The notes under the pieces were generated by a model. That model did not search any database, was not told where the DNA came from, and saw only the letters and a program-made list of their open reading frames with translations. A stretch of 62,774 bases of DNA, the filler included. It is 13 parts of 13 records of this genome, joined end to end, with 100 filler letters (N's around TTAATTAATTAA, not from the genome) between each part and the next. Parts side by side here need not be neighbours in the genome. Positions count along the whole stretch, not along the records: positions 18,856 to 24,237 come from SRR7504441_53904; positions 24,338 to 29,404 come from SRR7504441_53911; positions 29,505 to 33,063 come from SRR7504441_53930; positions 33,164 to 41,238 come from SRR7504441_54132; 9 more parts are not named here. One strand, written 5' to 3'. Below are positions 21,194-33,584 of the stretch, piece by piece. The first letter of the stretch is position 1. Each line of letters starts with the position of its first letter. Position numbers and translations under genes: made by a program.

Positions 21194-21695
21194 TCATTGG
21201 CCCTGTGCGACCATCATTAGCGTGATATTGTCGCCCTTCAGCAGGATCCGACCTGCCCGCTCCCCTCAGCCATCCGCCAGCAGCCCCATCGCTGGACAGC
21301 CGGTGGCGGGGTCCGGCCAACGCTACGCTGCCGGGCAGTGTGGGCCGGGAGCGGCCCCCTAGGGGACGGCAGCGGTTGGTGGGGCACCTAAGGCTTTGCG
21401 CTCGGTCTGCTTCTTGGAGATCTCCTCAGCCTCGTCGAGCACTAGGTTCATGTACTCGTCAAACCCCTGCCCCAAGGTCAGCACCCAACAGAAATTCTCG
21501 TTACGATGATCCGGCCCTCGATCCGCAAGTCGGTGTTCTCGTAGAGCCAGATGCAGATCCGCTGCTTGTTCTGGAGGAAGCGGAAGATCAGATTCTGCAG
21601 GCGGACACCGCTCAGCCGGGGCCGGGCCGTGGCGGAAGGGAGCGGCTCACGATGGGCTGAGTCATCACTTTTTGCAGCTTTTGAGGCCCCGACAT
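21194..21695 (-). CDS. SNRPE: Small nuclear ribonucleoprotein SmE, with three introns
   Basis: Spliced product: [60 protein letters not shown]...[14 protein letters not shown]. Confidence 0.95.
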
Positions 21696-21860
21696 GATTG
21701 CCGCTCTCCTCTGTCTCCGTGCCCCGACTCGGCCGCGACACGGCAACGGACGGACTCTCTCAACATCTTGGTGGTCGCCCTGCCTGCGTCCAAGGTCTCC
21801 AAGCCGGGGGTTGTGCCCCGCCGGGACTCAGCGCAACAGCCAGCCCTGGAGGCGGTGAAG

Positions 21861-24037
21861 ATGGAGTCGCAGGCCGGCGCGCTCGAGCGGTTCAGCTCGC
21901 TCGCCTCGGCGGGGACCGGCAAAGTCCGGCGGACCACGTCGGACGCTTCAAACCTGTCGCTTGAATCTCTGCTCTCGGTCGGGCTTCACGGGGCGTACGA
22001 CGAGCCTCGGGCGGAGGCGTGCCCGCCAGCGGACCACGCCGACAAGGAGGTGGCGGCGGCTTCGGACGTGACGCTCGAGAGGCTGCTCACCGCGGGTCCC
22101 CTGGAGCCCGGGTCGGGCGCGATGCAGTGCCACGACCTCGGGAGCCTGATATTCCACACCTGCCCGAGCTCGGTGCGCAAGGGCACGCACAAGCTGCTCC
22201 TGAACAACCCAAAGTTCCACGTCGAGTTCCGGGCCAACCAGCCGAGCAGCGGCCCGCCGCGCACGGTGCGGATGGCGGCCAAGGTCGGGCCCAAGGGGCT
22301 GCGCGACCGGTCGATCGCTCTCGACAGCAGCTCGCCCCGGCCGCAGGTGCACTGCAACCATGACGTCAACAACACGGCGAGCGCCCGCGGCAGGCCGGGC
22401 AGCTGACGATGCGCATCTGCAGATCTTTTACGCGCCACCCAACAGGATCCCCCAGAACGAGGGTGTGCAGCCGATTAGTGTCAAGGGCAAGGTGAGCGGG
22501 ACGGTTGTGCCGAGCCATGCTGTCTTGGCCACAGCTCAATTCGAGGTTTGTCGAGCTGTCGAGTGCAGGCTGAGACCAGCCGGCAGATTGGGCCAGCACC
22601 CACTCAACCTATCCACTTGCAAGGAGATTTAAATACAGCCGTAGACGGCACTCGGCACCAGGTTGGCTCGGGCTGGGCCGCCGGGTCGACTGGTGTGCTG
22701 GCAGCTGATCTTACCCAGGGGCGGGGCCGCCAAGGGGCTGTCGCACTTGTTTACCTTTGCGGTTTGCTCTGCTCCTGAAGAGAGATTCAGGCGCAGTGCA
22801 GGTGGAGATCAAAGTAGACAACGAGGAGATGCCGCACGTGTTTTCCAGAGACTTCGACGTGGTGTTCGCTGCCGACCGCAAGCTGCGGAAGATGCCGATG
22901 GTAGCCACGGCCGTGAGCTGACTGACCGGTGTGGGCAGGTCGCGTCTGAGTTCGCCAAGGGCATGGCCTCGCCGCTGAACCTGGCCCTGATGGGCCCAGA
23001 CCCCAAGCGGGCCAAGCTGGCAGGTCTGCCGTGCCGTCGGCAGCGTGTGAGATGGGTGGCAGATTCGACCAACGACCCTCAGGGGTTGATGACTATCTCA
23101 AGTGAGGCTAGTTGGAAGCTAGCTGGAAGCGGGGCGCAGCGTTCACTGACCAGCTGCTGCAGGCGTGGCTGCTGCTGCGGAGGGCAATTGCAACGGCCAT
23201 GCTGCGCTGGAGGAGGGCCCAGAAGAGCAGCAACGTCGAGACTTGGAGTGTCTGCAGCGATCTGCCGTGACAATAAGGCAGAGGACACCTACCCACTTAA
23301 TATCAGAGGTGAGCGCTCCCCTCTCGGCTTGCCGTCGCAGGCTGTTTATTTATGCCAATTGGCCTAACGCGACGCGCAGGTGGCTGCCTCAATCATTCCA
23401 CCGCATAGTGGCGTATGGCCTCTAGTGCGCGACAAGAAGCCAGAGCAGCACCCACAGGGCGCTCTGGGCGCCGTCAAGAGCGAGACGCTGGGCCACTCGA
23501 TCAAGCAGCGTCAGGTGTCCCATGCTGGCTCTCTCGGCAGCCTGATTTTGGCTCAAGTTTCTTTTGAAGAGCCGAATCTCGTTTGTGGACCAGGCTGCAC
23601 GCGAATACGCCATGAAGGCATCCCGGCTTTGCGCTCGAATGACGCTACGCCGTGTGCAGCGATGGAACAGTATCTTTGCTCCGACTGAAACTCGCAACCT
23701 CGGCTTAATGTGGCACTGGGATTTGGTGCCAATCGGACCATCTGTGGTCTGATGGGTTGCTGGGCAGGTGCCGGATGGCGTGCTCGAGCTGTTTGAGACG
23801 TCAATGGCTGCTGTCTGGCTTGATCAGAGACGGCGGGCAAAGCTTCATCCAGACTATAACAAATTGAAGCAATGCATTTCAAAGTGGGAGTGTCGGGTGT
23901 TTTGGGAAGCATCGATGCCTGTCCACGAGGCATCCATTCTGAAGAAAGAGATGGACGCTAGTGAATTAGAAAGTTTTCACATGCCGGTTACTGCTCATAA
24001 CGACCAGCCAAGGTCATCACATACTCTTAGCTATTGA
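21861..24037 (+). CDS. Hypothetical multi-exon protein
   Basis: Chain of co-oriented coding segments separated by GT/GC-AG mini-introns and ending at AT-rich DNA after 24037; no family recognised. Confidence 0.5.
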
Positions 24038-24363
24038 TAGGTTCTAGATCTGTAACATTAGTTAACATACTCGTACGAGTACGTACTTAAAAATCGTACG
24101 TATTTTCCAACCGCTATTGTAATTACTTAGTACTGTAATCGTGTAAGTACTGAGTTACTGTACAATGTCATGTAGCTATCCTATAGCTATCCTCAGGCTA
24201 TTGATGTCCGCCGGCGCGTCGTCAGTGGTGGTGGAGTNNNNNNNNNNNNNNNNNNNNNNNNNNNNNNNNNNNNNNNNNNNNTTAATTAATTAANNNNNNN
24301 NNNNNNNNNNNNNNNNNNNNNNNNNNNNNNNNNNNNNCCAGAGTCGGCCACGGGCGGATCTGC

Positions 24364-25422
24364 ATGCTTCGCAATGGATCCGGCTTCGACGCGCGCGCGT
24401 TTATCCCGGTGCTGCACCGGGTTGGAATCCCAACCTGTCCAGCAAAATCTTGGTCTTCAAATATGCGGCGGCCACAGCCGCTGGCCGTCAGGACTAACAC
24501 CTCGACTGCGGTGCTCCAGCGGATCAAGCGTGCGGGCTGCTCGGCCCCGTCCGGCCTCCCGCCCCCGCCTCTGGCCCCGCAGCACTACCGTCAGGCCCTC
24601 CGCGCCCGGCGTCGGGACGTGCTCCGGGTGCTCCGGGGGATGGGCGGACCGGCCGGGACGGTCGAGCCGTCGGTGGCGCTCGAGGAGCTCACCATGCTCG
24701 GGATCGACCGCACGGCCGCCCGTGGGCTGATCGCCCGGAGTCTGGACCCGACCAGCCAGGCTGTGGTGTGCAAACTGCTGGGAGAGGCGATCGAGGCCGC
24801 CATCGACCCCTCCGCCGAGCCGGAACGGGCTGCCGCGGAGGACGGGGACGGCGCCGTGGGCGGGCCCGCAGTGGCTGGGCCGCTGGCGCGGGGCTTCAGG
24901 CGCTGGGCGCGCTGGGCTGCGACGGTGAGTAGACCGGCCCCCTCTGGGGGAGAGTGCGGGACAGGGCCGACGGCGTGTGGTGCGGGCGGCGGCACCTAGC
25001 CGACAGTGTGTGGTGCGGGCGGCGGCTAGCCGGCGCCGGCGGAGGCTCGGTGCGGCGATGGCGGACTGGTCAAGATCGGCGGCGCGCAGAGTCAGGTCAG
25101 TGCGTGGGCTCAGGCGCGCTGAACCAGGATGGCCAGGATGGCGCTGACTGCCAGGCTGGAGGCAGCGCTGGCACCCAACGTTGGACAGACCGAATCTGTG
25201 GCCGAGGAGCGCCCGGCCCCCAAATCTGTGGCTGAGAATCAACGGAGCTTGGCGGTGCTGCTGCTGCGTAGCCTCTGGCGACGACAGATCGCACAACGAC
25301 AGCTCCAGCGGGTTGGCTCTGGAGTGAGGCTCTGGCGGGAGAGCGTGTTGTCAGCCCATGCCAGCACGCTGCGGCTGGTGGTGCCCGGACTGCTGGCGGC
25401 TGTGGAGCAGCTGGGCAGGTGA
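24364..25422 (+). CDS. Hypothetical protein
   Basis: Overlapping GC-rich ORFs (24364-24999 and 25129-25422) followed by AT-rich DNA; structure unresolved. Confidence 0.35.
24966..25032 (+). repeat. Imperfect tandem duplication of about 33 bp
   Basis: gccgacggcgtgtggtgcgggcggcggcaccta followed by gccgacagtgtgtggtgcgggcggcggctagccg. Confidence 0.7.
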
Positions 25423-25769
25423 GGAAGCTGAGGGCGGAGCGGAATTATCATAAGATGGAGGCGATGGAGATGCGGGCCGCGTGGGATGAAGCGGTGCCCA
25501 GATACTAGTGCAGTTTGGTCTATGTCGTAGTGTACTAGCACAATTGTGCGTTGCATGCTCGGGCGTGTGCGGATCCGATCTACTCGTAGATCTTTATGGT
25601 TGTTTGCAGGTCAAGGCAAGCGAGGGCGGGTTGATGGCTCAGTTGGATAGCTTCACAAGTTCGCCTCATTAACTGGTACATGTAGTAATTGGCAGGATTT
25701 CTTTATAAACGTGAATCAAACACTGGTAGCTCGTATCATGGCCCTAGGTATCATTAAGGTATCATAGCT

Positions 25770-27576
25770 CTACCAGCCCTTGTTCTGTTTCTTGACATCG
25801 CGATGCTTACCCTTTCCGGAGCCACCAAACGACCCGCGGTTAGACTCCACAGTAACCTCGACACCACCCTCGTCAGCACGACCATCCTAGGATATAGCCA
25901 CAATCATATGTTAATACCTGCCGATCGGCCCCTTTGCCCTTGCCGTCGCCCCTCTTGCCGCCCCTACGCTGGTTCCCCCCTTTGCCGCCTTGCTGCACCT
26001 GCCGCGCCCAGTCGGTTCTGACTTGACTTTAATCAACCTTGCTTCCCCCGTCCTTGCCGCCGGCGGCCTTACCCTTGCCTGCCGCCAAGCTAAAACCTAT
26101 CAGCCCGCTGCCCACCGCCCTCTTGTCTGCCCTTGCCGCCCTTGCCGCCTTTGCCTTTGCCACCAGACGAGCCGGATGAGCTCTGCAGGCCGGGCTCAGC
26201 AGGCCATTGGCCGGATAGCAGCACCTGCCAGTGCGGCTGGAAGTCGGTGCGTGGGTCGTATTTCATCTCATGAGCTCGCCCACCTCGGTCCGGCACCTTC
26301 ACAGCCCCGGTGACACCCTGGCCAGATCGGCACACACCCAGCCGATCCGGACGCGCATCAGCTCGTCAGGCGTGCTGCCGGCAGAGATAGGCCGCTCGAA
26401 TATGGCCATGTCGTCCTGAGCCGTTGGAGGTGAGCTATCGGCCAGAGGGCTTGCACACCTCCATCGTGAACACGACCGATGGGTCAACCGGGGCAGTCGG
26501 AGAGCACTTGCAAAGCAGCGGGGCGATCATTGCATCGAATTCCTCCAACTTGCCCTGGTAATGGGTCAGCCTCCTCCCCGACTCAGCAGCGATGCCTCGA
26601 TCCGTGGAGAGTACTTGAACGACTGTATCATGACTCCCAGCCGCTGCAGCACCATCCGCCGGCTGCGCACACAGCTCACGCAGCGCCCGGCGAGTGGGCA
26701 CCGCAGGCTGTACTCGTATTCGAGAGCTTTGTTGATCTCCCCTAGCTGGGCCTGCACGCCACGTTGGCCTCATCCGGGGCCCGAGCACACCAACTGCTGC
26801 TCGCTTAGACTGTTGGCCGGGACCACCACGCCGCTCGCATTCCGCTCCCGCAGTTTGCCCACCTGCGCCAAAGCTTTGGGCATCCGGCGGCCGAGCGCTA
26901 CCGCCGCCGTGATCTGATCGCACTGGCTGATCAGGTTAGGCCCAACGTCCAGCCCGAGTGCGGCACTGATCTCGCCGAGAGGTGTGGCCTGGGCCGGCTG
27001 ACGGCGCCCGGGCGAGCCTCACCAGATTCGGCTGGTCAGGGACCTCCCGGTGGCTCATCCGGGCCAGTTGCAGTTCGGCTGCCAGAAAGCCTCCCGACCG
27101 CTCAACCCGGCCCGGCCAGCTGACGCACCCAGCACGTCGCACACCCCGGCAGGGTCCAGATCGCCTGCGCACCCGCCGTTACATCGCCCCCTCCCCGGCC
27201 ACCTGCGCTCTCCAGCTCGTAGCCTGCCCCGCTCTCAGCCGGAGGCCGCCCGACCGCCGCACCGAGTGCCTTCAGATAGTCGCACAGCCGGGTGCCGAAC
27301 TGGGCCTTCGGGAGGTTCTCCGGGATCGGGGCCGGCACCTCGATGACCGCGTCTGCCCGCCGCTCTGCGCCCGGATGCGGCCGGGCCCACCTCGGGCGAG
27401 CAAGCGGGTCAGCTGGCCGATCAGCTTCCGGAACGGGCCCGAGCTGCCCGGCTGGTTGGCTATGGCCTCGAGCGCCTCCAGGCTGATGACCGGGCCGCTG
27501 CCACAGCTCTCTGAGGGCCCCGGCGTGGGCCGCACCCGAGGCTCTCGAGCTGCTCGAGGAGCGCTTCCGGCTCCAT
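25770..27576 (-). CDS. FAM98: FAM98-family protein (tRNA ligase complex subunit) with a Gly/Lys-rich tail
   Basis: N-terminus MEPEALLEQLESLG|GPVISLEAL...SSGPFRKLIGQL. Core INKALEYEYSLR|RRMVLQRLGVMIQSFKYS and VRIG|..VPDRGGR, both FAM98 signatures. Confidence 0.8.
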
Positions 27577-27688
27577 TGCGCCGAGCTGTGCAGTCCGTTG
27601 CCCAAAATTGTGGAATACAAAAACCATGGTGGGCAATCTGGTTGCGTGTCGCGCCCAGCTTGACGCTGGTGTTGTTCAGGCCTCTCCG

Positions 27689-29404
27689 ATGCGGAGAGCG
27701 CTCACTCCACTGGCGGAGAACGTGAGGGGCAGTCCTGCTGCGAACATCAAGGGCAGTCCTGCCGCGGCCAAAGCCAAGGACGACTTCCTGCCCGCCATCT
27801 ACGCCCGGCTCTACGCGTGCGCCAACCCGGAGACCTGCGCTCCCTCCACCGCCGGCTCCCCGCGCTTCGTTCGCCGCGACGGTGACTAGACGGCTGGCAG
27901 TGCTGACGGGTCGCGCAGGGGTGGTCCGCTGCTTCGATTGCTCCGCTGTAGCCAACAGGGCGGCCAGCATCGACTGCTCGCCGCCCAAGCCCGACATGCC
28001 CGAGCCCGACTCCGGCTGGGCCGGCTCGTCGCAGTTGGACTTTGCCTCGCCCAACATGCCGCTCGCCGCCTCGATGTGCGACGACCAGGAGTCCTCAGAC
28101 GAGGATGAAGTCTCCATCGCCCCAAGACACCGGGTGACCCCGCTCCGTCGACAGCCACTGAGCCGCCCCAGGCTGCCCCGGCCGCCCCGACCTCCGCACC
28201 GGCGGTGGCCTCGCCCTCAGTGCAGCTGCAGATGCGGGTGGTCTCCCTCGAGAAGGAGCTGGGCACCGCCCACCGGGTGCTGAGAGGCTCGAGCGGTGCG
28301 AGCGGTTGCAGGTGAACGAGCACCTGCAGAAGTCGCTCGATCAGATCGCCCAGAGCAGCATGCACCCGGTGGGCTCAGCACGCGGCCTGGCTGATCGGGC
28401 CGGGCAGGACGGGAAGCAGCAGGAGCTGGAGCTCCGGAACCAGGTGGGCTGCGGGCTGGGCCAGATGAGCCCTCGCAGGAGCTAGCCAAGCAGTGCGAGG
28501 AGGTTAAGGCCCGAAGCAGCAAACGGAACGCGGAGCTGGTTGAGAAGCTCGAAGGGCTCGAGCGGTCCGCGGCCCAAGCTGGATCTGAGTTGGATCACAA
28601 GACCAGCGAGCTAGAGGCGGCCAGGGGTGCCTCCAGCAGGCTGGCGAGTGTGTTGACTCGGGTGGTGCAGCCGACTTCAGCCGGGTGATGGAGAAGATGA
28701 CCAGCGAAGCTGGAATGCTCCAAATCAAGCTCGACGAGGCCAACGAGGCCAACAGAGACCTCCAGGGCTCAAAGCAAGAACTGAACACTGCTCTCGACCA
28801 AAATTGCGAGCTGAGCCTGCAGGTAAGATTCTAGCCGTGCTCTAGCGTCGATCACTCGGGGGCAGGTGCGCAGCTTGAACGAGCAGATCAAGGCGCTCGA
28901 GCAGGGGACGGACATGAAGCGATTCCCGGAGCTCGAGGCCAAGCTTGAGGAGCTGCAGTTCCAAAAACTGCAGTGGCAGCAGAAGCTGGACCAGGCCGAG
29001 AGCGCGGCCCGGCTGGAGGAGGAAGGGCTTAACCAGCAGCTCAAGGAGCTCGGGACGGCGCTCGAGGTCCAGCGGAGCGAGTCGGAGCTGGAGAAGGACG
29101 ACTTGACTGAACAGCTCAGCCAGGCCGCTGACAAGGCTGCCCAGTGCGAGCAAGGCCTGCGAGAGCAGATTGAGGCGCTAGAGGCCAAGCTGAGCACGAG
29201 CGACGAGAGCAGCAGCCAGGCGCAGGAGGAGAGCGAGCAGCTGAAGGCCCAGCTCGAGGCACTCAAAGCAGAGCTGGCCGGGGTGCAGCAGCAGCTTTCT
29301 GAGTCGCACGAGGAAGTCAACAAGCTCAAAACTGTGTCGGAGTCGCTGGTGAGTCCGTGATCCGGGCCGAATGCTGAGGCTTTGGGTGCAGGTGGCAGAG
29401 AACG
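27689..29404 (+). CDS. Long coiled-coil protein, 3'-truncated at the linker
   Basis: E/Q/L heptad-rich exons (for example 28866-29360) separated by mini-introns. Confidence 0.6.
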
Positions 29405-29504
29405 NNNNNNNNNNNNNNNNNNNNNNNNNNNNNNNNNNNNNNNNNNNNTTAATTAATTAANNNNNNNNNNNNNNNNNNNNNNNNNNNNNNNNNNNNNNNN
29501 NNNN

Positions 29505-30192
29505 CGTGGTGCTGGCCGCATCGACCCACTTCCTGACCGGCGTCGACGTGCACAAAGTGCTATCCAACGAAGCGCTGGCGGAGATGGATTGCGGCATGGA
29601 CTTTCTAGAGATGCAGTTCACCGCGGCCCAGCAGCAGCTGGCAGAAGCGATGAGCCCGGACGAGAGGAGGATCTGGACACAGGCGCTCTTCTCGGCCAAG
29701 GAGGCCTACACCAAGGCGATAGGGGTCGGACTCGGGCAGGACTTCAGCCTGACTGAGTTCGAGCCGCCGCTGCCGTCGACCTGGGGGGCGGTCCCCGTAG
29801 TCGGTGTGGCACATGCTTGGAAGGGCAGAGTGCATCTCCTTGGCGAAGCGGAGCTGCTTGACCAAGGCGAGTGGTGCCTGGAGCTGCAGTGGGTGGACGC
29901 GGACCACATGGTGGTTACGGCCATGGGGGACGTGGCCTGGGCTGTCGACGAGAACGGGGACTTCGCGTCGCGGCTGACGAGACCAGGGCTGTGTCCACAT
30001 TCTAGGGAGGAGGGCTCATGTGGAGAGGCGTGGCCAGTGTGCCTGCGCGAGCTGTTGAGTCCACAGGAGCTTACGATCTTCGCGTCTGCAGGTTCGGCGG
30101 ATTCTGACTACACGGATACGGACCGACGGATGTCTAGACGGATGTCAGCGGGATCAGAAGCATCATACTCGAGCTTGTCAATGAGCTTATGA
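29505..30192 (+). CDS. Sfp-type 4'-phosphopantetheinyl transferase, 5'-truncated
   Basis: VVLA...GVDV motif and FSAKEAYTKAIGVGL (the F/WxxKExxxKxxGxG motif). Confidence 0.8.
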
Positions 30193-30485
30193 CAGGCTTC
30201 ACGATCTCGAGCATTCAACATGTGTACAATATAAATGTAGGTTTTAGAGCAAAAGTAAAGTCAGTAGGTTTTACTCGTACGCTCAGTGTATCAGATACGA
30301 GTACTACTGGTGGTATACAGTGTAGACTACTCAGTGTAGTACTCTACGTAAAATTAATAGGCTGAACTCGTTCCGGCAGACTGATTGAGTTATGATTGAG
30401 TCACTCTCAGTGTAAATGTTAGATTGAAAATTAATGAATGTATTTAGATTACTGTAACAATGTCATGACATTGTACAAACGTAAA

Positions 30486-33063
30486 CTAAACGATGGTACA
30501 TTCGCCGGCGCAGCTCCCCACGCACTCACACACTTTGCCACAACAATCGCCCATGCAATCGCACGTCCCACCGCCCACAGACTCCATCCCACTTGCCATC
30601 GACCCACCGAGATCTGAAATCCCCTCGCCAGCAAACTCAAACCCGTTCATTGTGCCAAATGCACCCATTCCCATGAAGCCATCCCCAATGGACAGCCCGG
30701 CGTCTGTGGCCCCCAAGTTACCAAACAGGAACACACCACAGCCGAGCAGGACTGCTCCGCCGACCGCTATGCCCATGAACCCCTCACACGACGTCGACCG
30801 TGAGTCTGGATGCCCCTTGCCATAGGCATCCTTGATTTCTCGCCTGTTGGTGTCAATTGCAATCATCGCTGTGTAGGCTGAGACAATCTGGTGCTCTCGC
30901 GACTCGGCAATCACTGTCTGCTTCAGGGCCTCATACCGTCCGGGGTCGTTCAGCTGGCACAACCAAGCCTGTGCCGTGAGCATCTCAATCCGTTGTTGGG
31001 CAAACATCGGACCAACCTGGCCAGCACCGTCAGCACTCGCTAATCAAACATTAATCACCGGAAACATGTTAACCTGGCGCTCGCCCTTGTGGCTCTCGTG
31101 TGTGCGGAATGGTACTTCAAACTCCAGTGTCTGTAGATTCGGAAGCAGCCCACGTAACAGAAATCGCGCAGGCCAGTCCTGCTCGGTCCCTCCAACAGGA
31201 AGGTACTTTCCTGAAATCACCAGTGGGCTACCCACGAACAGATCGGGGATCGCGTGCGTGGTGAGTGACCCGTTCAGTTCGACGTCGGCGCACTGGCCGG
31301 TCGGGAGCAGCAGTTCGATGTTGGTTAGCACAGGCAGCGAGGCGCGCTCAAGCAGCTGCTCAATCTGCCAGAGCAAAGAGCTTTGCTCGAGCACAATCTC
31401 ACAAAATCCTCGGCCGATGTGCGCGAGCATCTTGAGAAAATAGGCATTCATGTAAGGGCCGATCCCGACTGTCATGATACGAGGGCTGACCGTGCCCGGG
31501 TCTAGCCCCTGGAGCCAGCTCTGGACTTGACCACAGATCTCACGCTCGTTCCTCACCGCCCCGTCTGTAATCAAAAACAGGTACGGCACCAGCCGTTTGT
31601 CCTGTCGGGCCTGCAATACTGTGAGCGCCTCCATCGCCGGGGCCCCGATCTCGGTGCCGCCGATAGCGTCGATCTCCGTGATCCACTCTACCGCCACCTT
31701 CTTGTTGGCTGAATTGGCTTGATAGAGTCTAGGGCCCCCCGTCTGCTTGATCTGCTGAACTTTGGTTTGCTGGAACCAGGCCTCGGCTTGAAACCACTCG
31801 TGCCCGTGGTTGAACTTGATCACACCAAAACAGTCTCTCTCGGAAAGCGCAGACAGCGCGCTGGTTAGCGCCATCTGTGCATCGTCCAGAGCCTCGCCGT
31901 GCATGGAGAGCGAATAATCCAACATGAACACAACCGCCCGCCCAAACTGTCTGTCCGACTGCTCATACGGCGGGGCCACAAACGTGACGAATTTGGTGAA
32001 CGGGTCAGTCTTTGGGTCGTTGGGCCATTCGAGCACCGTGCACGTCCGAATCTGTTGCCCCCATACACTGTACCCGAGCACAATGTCGGCGTCGGCCGGC
32101 CAGTTAGCTCCCGCGTCGCTCTCGAGGCCAGTCCCGCTCGCTGCTTTGGTCTCCTTCATCGGGATTGCCCCGGGGGTGTGAACTACGGTACAGTCGTTCG
32201 TACCTGGCATGATCTGTGCTCGCACTGTAGCCAGCTGTGACAGTCTACGCGTCTTGAGGCACTCTTGCGGAAAGCTGAACGGAACTGCCACAGCCCGTCA
32301 GCCCAGCCGATGGCCAGGCCCACCTCGCAGCGTGTAGGTGCCCTCCGCAGGGACAAAATGCATCTGCTGGATCCACGTGAGCTTCACCCTAGCACCAGCT
32401 GCTCTCAGTGCCGTGCACCGAGCGCACCTGATCTCGTCCCCGCTCTTGACTCGCTGCACAGGCATCCTAAAGAAGCGCGGGTCGTACCCGAGCTCGTGCG
32501 CGCGGCTCTTGCTTCCGGCCTGCCGCCCACTGAGCGGGCAGGCGGGCGGGCGGGGTACCTTCTCCAAGTCGTCGTCTCTCGGCACCACCGCGCTGATCCA
32601 TTTGCGGTCCGCGTCGTCCTACACTCGGGCTCTCGGCCGGGCCGTGCCGCGGCACACCGACGAGTAGATGGTGAGCCCAGTGACGGTGGCGTCCGCGGCC
32701 ACCGGCAGCTGGAAGCTCAGATTAGCCAGCTGCCCCCGCTGGCGGCGGCCACGGGCGGGCGACACCCCGTCCACTGCGTTTTGCTTCCAGCGGCCATCCA
32801 GCGAGACCACGGCGCTGGCCATGTTGCACCTGCGCCCGCGGCTGGCAGCAGGGCGGAGTGGGGGTGTACTCTATGGAGAGTTCAAGCCCCACGAGCTTGC
32901 AGAGTACCGGGGCGGCCGCCGGCTCAGGGTGCGCGACTAGCACAGGTGCGGACCACTCGCCCGACCGCCCACGCGGCTTGCTCGCCTCGAGCTCCAGCTG
33001 CACCGGTTGGTTGTTGTCCCCCACGGTCTTCTTCATGACGACTTCCCGACCCGCCAAAATGAA
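30486..33063 (-). CDS. vWA-domain protein (inter-alpha-trypsin-inhibitor heavy-chain-related) with a Cys-rich CaaX tail; 5' end at the linker
   Basis: VVFMLDYSLSM (MIDAS DxSxS), F.VIKFNH, GGTEI, FLITDGAV, GIGPYMNAYFLKMLA..GRG, IPDLFVGSPLVISGKY, FGNLGAT, ending ...CCGKVCECVGSCAGECTIV*. Confidence 0.85.
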
Positions 33064-33163
33064 NNNNNNNNNNNNNNNNNNNNNNNNNNNNNNNNNNNNN
33101 NNNNNNNTTAATTAATTAANNNNNNNNNNNNNNNNNNNNNNNNNNNNNNNNNNNNNNNNNNNN

Positions 33164-33416
33164 GGATCTAGCAGACGGGGGTGTTCTGCACTCGTTTGTG
33201 TCGGTAGAGCACCCAGAGTTCGTCAGCGAGCCCGGTGCGATCCGAGTCGACTTCCTAGTTTGTGGATTCCATCTCGAGTCTAGCGCCGGGGGCACCTTGG
33301 CCAGTCTGTTGCTGGTAGTGGATCCTAAGGGCGGGCTGCCGCGGTGGCTGGTGAACATGTGCCTCAGTAAGGTCACGAGCTACTTGTCGCGGTTAAAGCA
33401 ACACGTGGAGCGTTGA
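33164..33416 (+). CDS. C-terminal fragment of a START lipid-binding domain protein
   Basis: SVEHP....G.IR...GF.L....T......VDPKGGLPRWLVN, the typical START C-terminus. Confidence 0.8.
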
Positions 33417-33584
33417 TCAAGCCGAGGGGCGCGTAAGGTACGTGTAAGGCATGCTTGAACCGTAGCGTATACCCGGCATGGATTCCTCACTTGCCAGCTA
33501 CACCAAAAATCGATCTAAGCAAAGCCAAACGTACTGCACGTCGTACTCGTACTGCAGCTGACCGACGGATGACATCCCGATAAA

